This document shows positions 45,955 to 58,196 of a DNA stretch of 64,000 nucleotides, piece by piece. A program made the translations under genes and the position numbers. Within the stretch, counting starts at the first letter, position 1, and each line of letters begins with the position of its first letter. The notes under the pieces are model-generated. The model had not been told where the DNA came from. It saw only the letters and a list, made by a program, of their open reading frames with translations, and did not search any database. Source of the stretch: Anolis carolinensis (Eukaryota); the NCBI RefSeq assembly GCF_035594765.1, contig NC_085841.1, positions 18,893,636 to 18,957,635 on the forward strand. The letters are read 5' to 3'.

Positions 45955-46738
45955 AGCTAGAGCTATTTGTCACAGGCAGGGAGACAGCATGGCACCAAGC
46001 AACACTTCCCTAGCTGTTGTGGCATCCCAGTGGACCTTGTAGGAGATACTAGACACTTCCTGCAAGATTTAAAGATGCAGGTACCTATATTCAAGGAAGG
46101 AGTACAGCTCCACTCCAGTTCAAGCGGATTCTGGCAATAGTGCTGACTGTTAGCACTGCTTCTTGTTAACTATAATTTCCAAGTTAGAGCACTGATACTG
46201 TGCAAGCTGCATTGCTTGCCAGTTTCTTTTTAGATGCATGCCATTACTTGTCATTTTTAAAATAGGTGCTTAACGTTCCAAGGACCTACTTCATGTCCTT
46301 GGCCAAATGTTCACAAGGAGCAGGGCTTTTAATGAAGCGTTGAAACTAAATCTGTGTTCTCAGTTTTTGTTATTTCTTTAGGTATTCAGCAGACCTGCTT
46401 AAGACTCCTGTGATGCTATTTAGATTTCCTCTAGGAAGCCCTGAAAACGTCACTATTTAAGCTTCTACTTGTTTTCAACAGACTGGAATCAAAACATCAG
46501 TATTTTAAAATTTCTGTGTAAGATTTACTTGAGGACTCAAGTCTACTACTTCTCTGAAATGAATCTGGAGGCTATATATCTTTCTGTAGCTGTGTATGCA
46601 AGACATATGTAGGAAAAAGTATGCAAATTCCTACCATCTAATGTTATTTACGGAATGTTTGACTAGTATTATGGGAAAGGAAAAACAAAGCCATCTACTA
46701 ATAGAATGAGAAATTGTATTTGTTTCAAAATGGCTATA

Positions 46739-47073
46739 CAGTGTTTCCTCACTATTTTGCGGTTTGCTTTTCACAGATTCGCTGTTTTTCAATAAATTTT
46801 AAAATAATATTATAAATAATAAAAAAATTCAATTTACAGCCTAAGGAAGGGAGGAAGGAGAAGCTGAAGGGAGAGAAAAGGAGACCAAGCGGCAACGGGA
46901 GAAGAAGGAGGCGATTTGTCAACAAACAATTGGTTGATAAAGACTTAAAATCGTGTATAATACTAAATATAATGTATAAATATTAAAATAAATATAGCAT
47001 CCCCACTTCACGGATTTTCACTTATTGCGGGTGGTCCTGGAATGTAACCCCCATGATAAGTGAGGGAACACTG
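46739..47073. mobile_element. Tc1/mariner (Tigger-like) MITE T2
   Basis: TIR CAGTGTT(T/C)CCTCACT; TA TSD. Confidence 0.85.
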
Positions 47074-47473
47074 TATAGATGCAATTCAGGACTTTTCTCC
47101 ACTAGACCATTATCCTCACTCCAGACAAGAAATTCTATTATGTGGTAGTCATTTTTTTCATAATTCATGTAGGACTAAAGGGGACCATTAAAAGTTACAG
47201 GACAGTTCAAGTAGATATTTTACTGGAGGTTCTGAAGTCACCATTAAGCTGGAACAGAACATCCCAAGATCCTTAAAAGGATCTGCTTCATTGGGCATTA
47301 ATTATCCCCGAATTTCCGTCCTTGGTGAAGATTCTGCTCAAAATTAATACAAAGTCACTAGCATATAAATTGCTCCAGCCTTAAAAACCGACAGCCTATT
47401 TTCCACACAAAATTCTAATTGCCAATTGTGAAAGTGAGTAAGCAACCTACTTGATTAGAAAATGGAAAGCATT

Positions 47474-47479
47474 TTTATT
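47474..47479 (-). terminator. SRSF7 candidate distal poly(A) signal
   Basis: AATAAA on the minus strand at the end of a repeat-free 3' UTR. Confidence 0.55.
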
Positions 47480-48612
47480 TATCAGAAACAGCATATTCAT
47501 TCAGTATCATAAATATATCCATATCAAGATAGTTTAAAGCAAGAACTGTTTTCAGGGATATTAAAATTACTGTTCTCAGCCCTTTACCCGCAGAAGGCTA
47601 TCCATTTTGATGTAGATAGCAAGATCTAATTGTCAGACTTAAGTGATTGTAACATTTAGCAGTAAACGTGATTAGAAGCATCTACAAAACTTACAGCAGA
47701 CCATGGGATTTCCACATGAGACATGAGAAAAGGCAACTGCTTCAAATAGCTTTCTTCATCTTCCCACTTTCAAAAGACTAAATTCTTCACATTCATTATT
47801 CTGCCAAACTTAGATAACAAAAGTTGTTGGCCATTATCTATTTAAGAAAAAACCCTTTTACGATCCTTAGCAACAAGAATTACCAGTACACCTGGGTTTG
47901 CATATGGCTTGTACAGTGTATAGGGAGGACCACTGACATCTCTTGTAAAAGCAGTTCTTAAAAATAAGTTTTAAAAAGATGCTATTTTCTTCTCAGCTAG
48001 GGGCAAGAAACCCACTCAAAGGAAAGTTTAGCCCAAGATTAAAACTATCAGGCTACCACACTGCATGCTTATTTTACTAAGAAGGAAAACTAACCCCGAG
48101 ATAAAATCTCTCTCAGGTCCAACGACTGGGGTTTGACTCATATGTCTGTTGTTTTTGTATCCATCGGGGAGGAAAAGACAAAGCGCCATTTTACTATTCT
48201 ACAGAAGCCAAGTAAAATTACCACCTAATCCATGTCTTAAAGGTGTCTTGCTTCAGTTACAAAAGTATGCCCTTAATAACTAAGGAATATCCTGCTGAAC
48301 AAGCAGACTTAATTTTGGAAGGTAACTAGTTGACCTTGGACACACATACAAACTATTAAAAGGAATCAGACAAATAAGCAGCTTCCTCAACACCTTCCTT
48401 GCACATTAAGTAACTTTACGTAGCCCGAAGCCCAAAAACTAAGTCACGTTTAAGCTTGAAACAGGCAGGCTACAGGGAGCCACAATTATTTTAAGCCATC
48501 CTTGCACAGTATTCATGTACAACACTTAGGTAGCTGTTTGCAATTTGATTTTAGCATGCACTTCAAATATTAACAGAAGCAAGTAGCATTACAGCAAGTT
48601 AGAAATACACAT

Positions 48613-48618
48613 TTTATT
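48613..48618 (-). terminator. SRSF7 candidate proximal poly(A) signal
   Basis: AATAAA on the minus strand ~235 nt after the stop. Confidence 0.6.
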
Positions 48619-48851
48619 TCATGTGCCCATAAAAAGACCCATTTTCAGATCACAGGATGTTATTACATATAAGAAATTGTGCACTAGTCTACTGTAGCAG
48701 CCTTTACAGATTTTACTAAGATCCAGATTCTTGCTGCGTTAGTCCTAGAAAAGGGTTTTGATCAACTAAACTGCTTACACTTTTCAATAACATCAAAGAA
48801 ATCCCTTAGAATAACGTAAACAAAACTCTTCCAAACATGTTCTTTCTCATT

Positions 48852-48906
48852 CTAATCAATTCTCTCAGGACTCACACTTCTTCGAGGACTTCCTGATGGT
48901 GAACGA
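48852..48906 (-). CDS. SRSF7: SRSF7 exon 8
   Basis: tag|T; [17 protein letters not shown]. Confidence 0.94.
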
Positions 48907-51900
48907 CTAAAAACAAAGAGGGAAGAATGATATCACTAGAAGTAACACATCATTAAATTGGTAAACACTGAAAAAATTAACAGATTAGTGTTTTTACAGG
49001 GCAATCCATGCTACCTGCATGTAGCTATAGTCATTAGTAATTTCAATCCTAGCAACTAATTATTTGGATGCCTTTAAAAATACTGTTAGTTTGAAGCAGT
49101 GACTACAATATTAAATACTGAAGCAAACTCATGTTTGCATGCACCCCATTCCCACAGAGATACCACCAATTTCTCTTCAAGTATTCAAGATGCATACTTA
49201 CCCTGACTTAATGGAGAATGGATATAAATGGCTCATATCAAGACTGAAAAAGCAAGACTGAAAATTAAATCAAGTAAAAATGCTTGTAAATACATGTACT
49301 CAAACCGAGTAACTAAAATTCAGACATTCAATGTTAATTCTGTCCAGCTAGCCGTTCAATTATCTAAACTGCTCTGCAGCACAGCTGTTTCTCCCAGCCA
49401 CAATTCAAGTCTTCTCAGTTTAATTTTGAGCCATTTACATGTATTGTCCATTAAACATAACAAGATTAATGTGCTCACTTGATGTATTAGAAATGCATAT
49501 CCTTTGGAAATTTGGGATTCACATAGGACCCATCATTTTTAACAGATATGAAGTAGTTACACTTCAACCTTTGAAAGTGTGGGGAGCAATTTGTGTATTC
49601 CCTCACCCCTCCCCAAATGACAAGATTTGCTTTTCTCTCTTTCAATCTCATTCCCTTAATGGGTTTAAAAAAAAAACTACTCAATGCGGCTCTACATTGA
49701 AAACAATTAAATTATTGCTGCTTTGAAATTAGCTGTATACAAATCTAGCTTACCTTCTCTTTAGAGATGGTGATCTTGATTTGGAACGGCTGTTAAGAAA
49801 CATAAATGTCATTAGTGCAAAGAATAATCATTAACAGAAGTAAAAAGCAATTTACCCCAAATGAACACAAGATACACAAAAGATGTAATGCTTTTGAATA
49901 AAGCTTTTGCAAGACAGTTTTCAACAGGAATACAAGTCCTTTGCTATTTGCCACTTAGATTAGATGAGATTAATACTGAATTTAGCCCTTTTGGCTCAAG
50001 CAGAGCTCAGCCTCAGAGACCAGCAAAGGCAAAATCAAAGTTTACATTCAACATTAAATATAAAGATTACCTGCTTCTGGGTCGTGAAATGGACCTGGAC
50101 CTGGACCTTGATCTGGATCGAGACCTACATTTAAAAGAAGATGCACATACACATCAGATGAAGGGCTTCTTAAGTGTTTCTTGTATTTTTATTAGGATGA
50201 ATTCTAGCATTGACATATAAAACAAGGCTGTAGAAAAGCTATATTAATATGAACATTCCAGGGAAATCTTCAAAATAAGTACCAATACAAGTGATACTGA
50301 AAGCAGACTAATTGGGCCTAAAGGTTAGATAGTTTTAGGTTTGTGAAATAACTTATACATATTGAGAAATCAACTCTATTGAATGTTAAGCCAGCCAGTT
50401 TTAATCACGAAGTTTAAATTTGCAGGTTATGTTTAATCTTTGTTCTGTGTATTTTAGTATGTATTTAGTAGAAATATGTTTTAATGTGTGTATTTTGCTG
50501 AATATTTTTATATAATTGTGCGTTTTTAGTGATATTGTAACCTGCCTTGAGTCATGAGGAGAGGTGGGTAAGAAATTATTATTATTATTAGCAGTGTGAT
50601 CCCCTAGTTGGTTTCATGGCTCTTATTGAAAACAACAGACAAACAGGCCCCAGTCACTTCCTTTTGTTGAAAACCCCTTCTTTTGTGGGATGAATACAAC
50701 CCATATTCTTTACACATGGTAAAAAATACTTCCCACAGTAGTACAGCAAAGAAAAGTTCCTTGGGAAGCTAATGCAGCCCTCTTGCCCTCAACAGTTGCC
50801 CTTTCATGTTGTGGTCTTTCTGTTGGAAAACCACATTTTTATTTCACAGTTATGTAAATACATTGGCCAGTTACCTTGATCTCTTTAAAGAACCCGAACG
50901 AGATCTGCGTGGCGAGATAGATCTGGATCTACGAGGAGAAAGTGATCTAGATCTGCGAGCTGAGACAGATCTGGACCTAAAAGGACAAATTGTAGTTACA
51001 CAATTAGGCTAACTTGTACTTGTCAAGAAATAAAACATGCTGTACTGATTTAGGTGCTCACCTCCTGCCACGGCTTCGGCTGCGTGAGCGAGAGTATCTC
51101 CTTCCCCTGGACCTTGAATGAGATCGAGACCGTGACCTAGTTTTAGGTTAGAGATAACAAGTATTAGACTACAAGTTTACAAGTTAGCGCATGAGCCTTT
51201 TCCGAACCCAAAATTTAAGATATCTAAAAATTAGTGTATCATTTGAAACAAATTCAGGGCCTACTGTCTCGAGTATTTTTACTACCTAAAAAAAATTAAA
51301 CTGCATTAACATTTTAGAATTACATCATAATATAAAACACNNNNNNNNNNNNNNNNNNNNNNNNNNNNNNNNNNNNNNNNNNNNNNNNNNNNNNNNNNNN
51401 NNNNNNNNNNNNNNNNNNNNNNNNNNNNNNNNNNNNNNNNNNNNNNNNNNNNNNNNNNNNNNNNNNNNNNNNNNNNNNNNNNNNNNNNNNNNNNNNNNNN
51501 NNNNNNNNNNNNNNNNNNNNNNNNNNNNNNNNNNNNNNNNNNNNNNNNNNNNNNNNNNNNNNNNNNNNNNNNNNNNAGGGGGCCCCCAAATTGAAAGCCA
51601 AATTTACTGCTACGGCGATCACCGTCTCAAATTTTCTGCCCTTTAAAGAATAAGGTGGATCNNNNNNNNNNNNNNNNNNNNNNNNNNNNNNNNNNNNNNN
51701 NNNNNNNNNNNNNNNNNNNNNNNNNNNNNNNNNNNNNNNNNNNNNNNNNNNNNNNNNNNNNNNNNNNNNNNNNNNNNNNNNNNNNNNNNNNNNNNNNNNN
51801 NNNNNNNNNNNNNNNNNNNNNNNNNNNNNNNNNNNNNNNNNAACATATTAACAGTTTAACACAAAATATAAACAATTGTAACATACCCATATAATAACAA

Positions 51901-54900
51901 CATTTATATGCATTTAATTATTTATTAACAAAAACTAGAACTAGACTGCTAAAATACTTGCTCATATTTACATACCTGCTTCTCCTTCTACGACTATAGC
52001 GATGGCAATCATAAGCATAATGACCTTTCTCGCCACATTCATAGCACCTATCATTAGGATCAAATGGTCTCCGTGCTGGAGGTCTATCATAGCGAGATCT
52101 ACGAGGCATGCCAGTTGACAACTCCACTCTAACCCTGGAGCCACAGATCACCCTACAATTGAAAATTGTTGCGCTTAATATATTGAGTCACTAACAGGAA
52201 AGATATATTTGTTTTGCAGTAATTAGCATTTGTACATACTTTCCATCTAGACCACGAACTGCATCTTCAGCATCTCTAGGATCTTCAAACTCAACAAATG
52301 CAAATCCTGGAGGGTTTCGCGCAATCCACACTGTTCGCAATGGCCCATAGTAGCTAAAAGCTCTCTCCAGCTCTCCTTTGCCAGCACCAGTTCCTAAGTT
52401 ACCAACATATACTTTGGTTTCTGGGGGGAAAAAGTTGCAATTAGGAAAGAACACTATTATGAAGCTGTAACTTCAGATCTGATAATGCATGTAATACTAT
52501 AGACTCTTTTGCAAGGACAACCCATTCAATCGGGTTTTTAAAAAAGGCAACAGTCTAATTAGTAATAAGTGCTGGAAAAATTATTCTTGTCAAAGATACA
52601 TATTTTCTTTTAAACAAAGATGTTCTTAAAGGTATTTAACTGGAAAGAAAAGTGCATCCAAAACAATTGATTTTCCCTAGACATACAACAATGACTTAAC
52701 CTTTTAAAATATCTAATAAGTGAGTTTGGATCTTTTTGCCTGCAAACCATTAGGGTAAGATCTCAAAAGTATTCCTCATTCACATCTGTGTGTAAACATG
52801 TGAACAATGTGCTTCAAAAAAGAAGCCAATTCCAATTTTCTATAACCCAAACAATAGTACAGTAGAGTCTCACTTATCCAAGCCTCGCTTATCCAAGCCT
52901 CTGGATAATCCAAGCCATTTTTGTAGTCAATGTTTTCAATATATCATGTTATTTTGGTGCTAAATTCATAAATACAGTAATTACAACATAACATTACTGC
53001 GTATTGAACTACTTTTTCTGTCAAATTTGTTGTATAACATGAAGTTTTGGTGCTTAATTTGTAAAATCATATCCTAATTTGATGTTTAATAGGCTTTTCC
53101 TTAATCCCTCCTTATTATCCAAGATATTCACTTATCCAAGCTTCTGCCGGCCCGTTCAGCTTGGATAAGTGAGACTCTACTGTATGTAACAACAAACACA
53201 ACCTGATTTAGTCTATCTGGTTTAGATGATGTGCATTGGTTCCACAGCCAAATTCCTGTTCCATTAGAGAGTTATTAGAATGCGTCAAGTCAGAAAACTG
53301 GGTTCTTTGGCATACACAGAACCACAAAGTTGTAAGAGACCTCCCCGCCCCAAATAGTCCTCCAGTCCAATCCTAGTCAGCCATGAAAGAATGCACAATT
53401 CAAGTCTGTAGAAAAAAAAGACCTCCAAGGACCATCCATTTGAACTTCATATTGTCATATAAGAAATGCACAATCTATTCCGCCTTTTTAAAAATCCACC
53501 CCCTTTACAACCCAAACCCATTTTGCCATTGAGAAATGCACAATCAAAGCAATTTAGTTCCTTGAAAAAGATCCCCAAGGGCCCTCCAGTCCACCTGTCA
53601 TGTGGGAATACACAGTTAAACCCATTCAGCCTATTTTAAAAACTCCAAAAGAGATTTCTGCACACTACAATATTAGAACCATAGAATTGGAAAGAGGCCC
53701 CAAGGGCCAATCGGTTCAACCTCCTGCTATGCAGACACACAATCAAAGCACTCCCAACAGATAACCATCGAAACCAGTGATTCTCAACCTGTGGGTCCCC
53801 AGATGTTTTGGCCTACGATTCCCAGAGTTGTATAAACTCCACTTGCATAGATTCCAACATACCTCATGGCCTCTGAGGATGCCTGCCATAGATGCAGGCG
53901 AAACGTCAGGAGAAAATACTTACGTAACTTGGCCATACAGCCTGGAAAACTCACAGCAACCCAATTCCCAAAAATCTCAGCCAGTTTACCAGCTGTTAGG
54001 ATTTCTGGGAGTTGAAGGCCAAAACATCTGGGGACCCACAGGTTACGTACCACTGATCTGAACTGTTTTGAAACTTGCAGAAAAATAGATTTCACACTCC
54101 AAGCCAGCATAGTCCACTGCCAAAAAGCTCTTACTGTGGAATCTTTTTCTATGTTTTGAATCTATTTCAAATTGGAGTCATTGAGTCCTAGTCTCTAGAG
54201 CAGCAGAATAAAGCTTTCTCTCTCTTCAATGTGACATTTTTTCAAATATTCAAACATGACTACCGCGTTTTCCCGAAAATAAGACAGTGTCTTATATTAA
54301 TTTTTGCTCCCAAAGATGCTCTAGGTCTTATTTTCAGGGGATGTCTTATTTTTCCATGAAGAAGAATTCACATTTATTGTTGAACAAAAAAATGAACATT
54401 TATTATATACTGTACAGTAGTTGTCATCATAAACCAGCATAACCAGACAAATGGTGAATCCTATTAAGAATTTCTTGTTACTACCATTATTTCCATGTAC
54501 AACACTTCATGGTACGTACATTTACTGACCCTGCATGCTCTGGTGTTCTGTTTGGTGGGCATGCTTCCAAACAAAAACTTTGCTAGGGCTTACTTTCGGG
54601 GGAGGCCTTATATTTAGCAATTCAGCAAAACCTCTACTAGGTCTTATTTTCTGAGGATGTCTTATTTTAGGGGAAACAGGGTACCATGTCTCCTTTCACA
54701 GCCTTGTTTTTCTACAGACTAAACATACTCTACTTCCTAAGCCATATTTCATGGGGCTTGACTTCTTGACATTAGATTATTTAGAGTGGACTCTTCACAC
54801 TTGCTACCACTTCCTGCCTCTGATCTCAGGTATATAAAATAGATATAAAGCCCAAATGCTTACTGGTAATAAATCAGCATTTCCAGGGCTTGTTAAAAAA

Positions 54901-57900
54901 GATATGATTTCCCTTTGTGGAGCAGAGTTGAAGCATTTTCTGCAACTCATTGCCAATATATTTGTGTGGCATTAAAAAAGCTGTTGTCAGATTTTCATGA
55001 CCCCAACACTGATCTAAGGCAGGCACAGGCAAACTTGGGCCCTCCAGATGTTTTGGACTTCAACTCCCACAATTTTAGTAATTGTGAGAGTTGAAGTCCA
55101 AAATACCTGGAGGGCCCAAGTTTACCCGTGCCTGAGCTAAGAGGACCCCATTTGGGGTCAGAAACCAGAGTTTAAGAAGATGGACAAATAACAACATCTT
55201 GAAAAGAGCCCCCAGTGGCGAAGTGGTTTAAAGCCTTGCGACTTGAAGGTTGGGTTGCTGACCCGAAGGCTGCCAGGTTCGAATCCAACCCTCTATCAGC
55301 TCCAGCTCCATGCGGGGACATAGAATCATAGAATAGTAGAGTTGGAAGAGACCACATGGGCCATCTAGTCCAACCCCCTGCTAAGAGAGAAGCCTCCCAT
55401 AAGGATGGTAAAAACATCAAAACATCCAGGCGTCTCCTGGGCAATGTCCTTGCAGACGGCCAATTCTCTCACACCAGAAGCTACTTGCAGTTTCTGAAGT
55501 CGCTCCAGACACAGAAAGTGATGTGCTATGACTCATTGAGTTGAAAGAGGCCTCATGGACCACCCAATCCACTCACCCAGGAAGACACAACCAAAGCACA
55601 CCCAAAAGATGACCATATCTGGTGGTTTGTGAGCAGAGAAGATTGGGAGTGCTATATGAGTTTAGTTTCAACTCTGGGCCCTTCCACACAGCCATATCAC
55701 CCAGAATACCATGGCTGATAATAATAATAATGATAATAATTTTATTTCTTACCCGCCTCTTCTCATGACTTGAGACTGATTATAATTAAAATACATAAAC
55801 ACAGCAAAAACACTACAAACACACACCAAAACGTACCTCCGTAAAAGTTACATACCTAAACATATATCTGTGAAATATATATTAAAATAGACAAAACAGA
55901 GCTTAAACAAAAGACACGTATTAAAATTTAATATTTATGTTTAAAGACTGTCTGTGGAGGCTTGCCGGAAGAGATTGGTCTTTAGATGGCTTCTTTAATT
56001 CTGACAGTGCATTTAGCTATTGGAGCTCTTCTGGAAAGTCATTCCAGTGTTGGGGCAGCTGATGAAAAGGTCCTCTGGGTGGTGGTTGCCAGTCAGGTTC
56101 TGTAAGACTGGAGTAGCCGCCCCCCAGAGGACCTCAGTGTGGATTGGATGGGAGAGGGCAATCCTTTAGGTAACCTGGACCCAAACCATGTAGGGCTTTA
56201 AAGGTCATATCTAACACCTTGTACTTTGCACAGAAACCAATTGGTAGCCAGTGGACTTTAGGATACTGACTTTAGGATAGGTGTGATATGCTCACTCCTG
56301 GATGTCCTGGCTGCTCTATTTTGAACCAGCTTGAGTTTTCGAACTTAGTACAGAGATAGTGCATTGCAGAAGTCCAATCTTGAGGTTATCAGTGCATGCA
56401 CTACCATCTTCAGATCAACCCGATTTATTTATTTATTTGCGACATTTATATCCTGCCCTTCTCACCCCAAGGGGGACTCAGGGCGGCTTACAAGTCATAT
56501 GTACATACAATATATTATTCATATAGCACAATATAAGCATTATGTATTAGTATATTGTACTATAACACTATCTTGTAATATTATTAGTAATATTACATGT
56601 GTAGTTTTGTTGTTTTGTCCTAGGCCGGAATTTCATTACCCTTTTATATATACAGATAATACTGCATTATTGTATTACATTATTAATATTAATATACAAT
56701 CTAGGAAGGGGTGCAGCTGGGGTATTAGCCAAAGATGGTGGTAAGCACTTCTGACTGGTGCATCTACCTGGGCTGACATTTGGAAGAACAGGTTCAGGAG
56801 CACTCCCAAGCTGTGAACACAGAGCATGTTTAGCTTGCAGAAGAGAAGGCCAAGATCAGACATGATAGCCACATATAACTTATGTGAGGGGAAGTCACTG
56901 ACTAGGACATGGGACGGCTTCAAACTACAGGAAAGTTAATTCCACCTAAAAATTAGGAAGAACTTCCTAACTGTGAGCAGTGGAACTCTCTGCCCCGGAG
57001 TGGTGGATGCTTTTAAAGAGGCTGGTTGGCCATTAGTTGGGGGTGCTTTCAAAGCAATTTTCTGCTTCTTGGTGGGGGTTGGGCTGGATGGCCCAGGAAA
57101 CCTCTTCCAACTCTAGGATTCTATCCGAGTACACACTGTCATAGAATCCGGTTCAATGTGGATTTTATACAGCGACGTGGAAGAGGCCTCTGTGGACCCT
57201 TCCACACATCCATCATATCAAGGTAGGAAATCTCACAATACGTGCTTTGAATTGGAATATATGGCAGGGTGGACTCAGATAACCCAGTTCAAAGCACATA
57301 TTGTGGGATTTCCTGCTTTAATATTCTGGGCCCTGCTTTTCTATGTATTCCGGGAAATGTTTAGGCGGGATCTCCCTTCCCTGCCGCTGGAACCCGTTAG
57401 TCCTTGCACTCGGCGCATGCGCAGGAGCCTGACTACCGCGCGCTGCTCCCGCATGTTCCGCCGCGCATGCGCTCTCGGGTCCCTCCGACCTCCCTGCCCC
57501 CCTTCCTCGAAAAGCACCCCTCGCCCGCTTCTTCCCATAACTCTCCTCAGAAACGAGCGGCTCTAACATCTGTCGGTTAGAGGAATCGCCATCTTTGGCG
57601 CCGCCTCCATTTTCCCCGCGCGGCGCCAAAACAGAGAGGGAGTTGAAAACAAGGCCTAAACCCCTACAAGCGATCCAGAAGCAACATGGATTGCTCTCAG
57701 TTCATAATAGTAACAACAACAATAATACACCCGAATGGGTAGGCCAAGCCTCCCTCAGTGCGATCAGACATGTGCAAGATGGCGGCGGCGGCGGCAAACA
57801 CTGAAAGGCCTCTCAACCGAAAAAGGAGAACGCCCCACTACTGAGAGAGAAGCAAAGTGACACAGAAAGAGGACAGGCAGAGAAATAAGACGCCGCTCTT

Positions 57901-57962
57901 CCCCTTTGTCCGGTCCCCGCGTGGTTACGCTCACCTCCGCCGTAACGGCCGTACCGCGACAT
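48852..57962 (-). CDS. SRSF7: Serine/arginine-rich splicing factor 7 (9G8), 8 exons, 235 aa
   Basis: join(57962-57935,52420-52240,52152-51976,51136-51062,50976-50875,50124-50071,49789-49754,48906-48852)=708 nt. RRM ([15 protein letters not shown]), CCHC knuckle [16 protein letters not shown] domain. Confidence 0.97.
49754..49789 (-). CDS. SRSF7: SRSF7 exon 7
   Basis: cag|C...AG|gtaagc; [11 protein letters not shown]. Confidence 0.92.
50071..50124 (-). CDS. SRSF7: SRSF7 exon 6
   Basis: tag|G...AG|gtaatc; [17 protein letters not shown]. Confidence 0.93.
50875..50976 (-). CDS. SRSF7: SRSF7 exon 5
   Basis: tag|G...AG|gtaact; [33 protein letters not shown]. Confidence 0.93.
51062..51136 (-). 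CDS. SRSF7: SRSF7 exon 4
   Basis: tag|G...AG|gtgagc; [24 protein letters not shown]. Confidence 0.94.
51341..51841 (-). other. N-runs (51341-51576, 51662-51841) flanking a visible piece of the SRSF7 intron-3 poison exon
   Basis: Island 51577-51661 (minus strand CACCTTATTCTTTAAAGGGCAGAAAATTTGAGACGGTGATCGCCGTA) matches my recollection of the mammalian SRSF7 poison cassette. Confidence 0.75.
51976..52152 (-). CDS. SRSF7: SRSF7 exon 3
   Basis: tag|G...AG|gtatgt; [11 protein letters not shown]...zinc knuckle. Confidence 0.96.
52240..52420 (-). CDS. SRSF7: SRSF7 exon 2
   Basis: cag|AA...AA|gtatgt; [10 protein letters not shown]...RGLDG. Confidence 0.96.
52860..53182. mobile_element. Tc1/mariner MITE T1
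   Basis: TIR CAGTAGAGTCTCACTTATCCAAGC; TA TSD. Confidence 0.9.
53315..53770 (-). repeat. Degenerate tandem array of CR1 3'-tail-like units
   Basis: About 5 units sharing AGA.C.CCAAGG.CC.TCCAGTCCA...ATGCACAATC. Confidence 0.55.
53775..54055. mobile_element. hAT MITE family B containing a Penelope terminal-repeat insertion (~53830-53963)
   Basis: MITE halves rejoin across the insert; near TSD ATCGAAAC/ATCTGAAC. Confidence 0.85.
53870..53910 (+). ncRNA. Minimal type-I hammerhead ribozyme motif (Penelope), intact core
   Basis: 41-mer identical to 19484-19524. Confidence 0.75.
54263..54681. mobile_element. Tc1/mariner (pogo/Tc2-like) MITE T3
   Basis: Inverted termini CCGCGTTTTCCCGAAAATAAGAC / GTCTTATTTTAGGGGAAACAGGG; TA TSD. 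Confidence 0.85.
55020..55134. mobile_element. Palindromic MITE family A (centre deleted)
   Basis: CAGGCAC.GG.AAACTTGGGCCCTCCAG arms. Confidence 0.85.
55206..55517 (+). mobile_element. tRNA-derived SINE with Vingi-like tail, interrupted by a CR1 tail (55322-55384, minus strand)
   Basis: B-box GGTTCGAATCC; GGGGACAT^GAGAGAAGCC is split by the CR1 3' end. Confidence 0.8.
55735..56424 (-). mobile_element. L2 LINE 3' fragment
   Basis: Reverse strand [18 protein letters not shown]; L2 tail. Confidence 0.8.
56730..57125 (+). mobile_element. CR1 3' fragment
   Basis: [12 protein letters not shown]; tail CTCTTCCAACTCTAGGATTCTAT. Confidence 0.75.
57935..57962 (-). CDS. SRSF7: SRSF7 exon 1 coding part
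   Basis: ATG TCG CGG TAC GGC CGT TAC GGC GGA G|gtgagc; MSRYGRYGG. Confidence 0.95.
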
Positions 57963-58109
57963 CTTTTTCTCTCTCTCTGTTTCGACTGACGGTCTTTGCG
58001 CGCATGCGGGTTCCAGGGCCTTATATAGGCCCCACCGTTGAGGCGCATGCGCGTCACGACCCACTGGCGCTGCGCGAGGAAGCCCGCCGGTTTGGTTTCC
58101 ACGGCGACG

Positions 58110-58180
58110 TGTCTCTCTCACGAGGGAGGGAGGAGGGGGAGGGAACCAGGCGCCATTTTAGATCTTGAACAGATTCAGTG
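58110..58180 (+). other. GEMIN6: GEMIN6 non-coding exon 1 (start approximate)
   Basis: Donor GTG|gtaagt at 58181; the coding exon begins with an acceptor at 59151. Confidence 0.7.
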
Positions 58181-58196
58181 GTAAGTCTACTACAGC

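Larger units (their letters stand above)
57360..58180. promoter_or_regulatory. CpG island: bidirectional SRSF7/GEMIN6 promoter
   Basis: TATATAA on minus strand (58021-27); NRF1 GCGCATGCGC at 57413, 57463, 58043 plus a variant at ~57998; RFX-like GTTTCCACGGCGAC (58095-108); YY1 motifs at 57587, 57776, 58151. Confidence 0.9.

Noticed and set aside
51320-51894. ORFs full of X residues
   Set aside because: Artefacts of translating N-runs.
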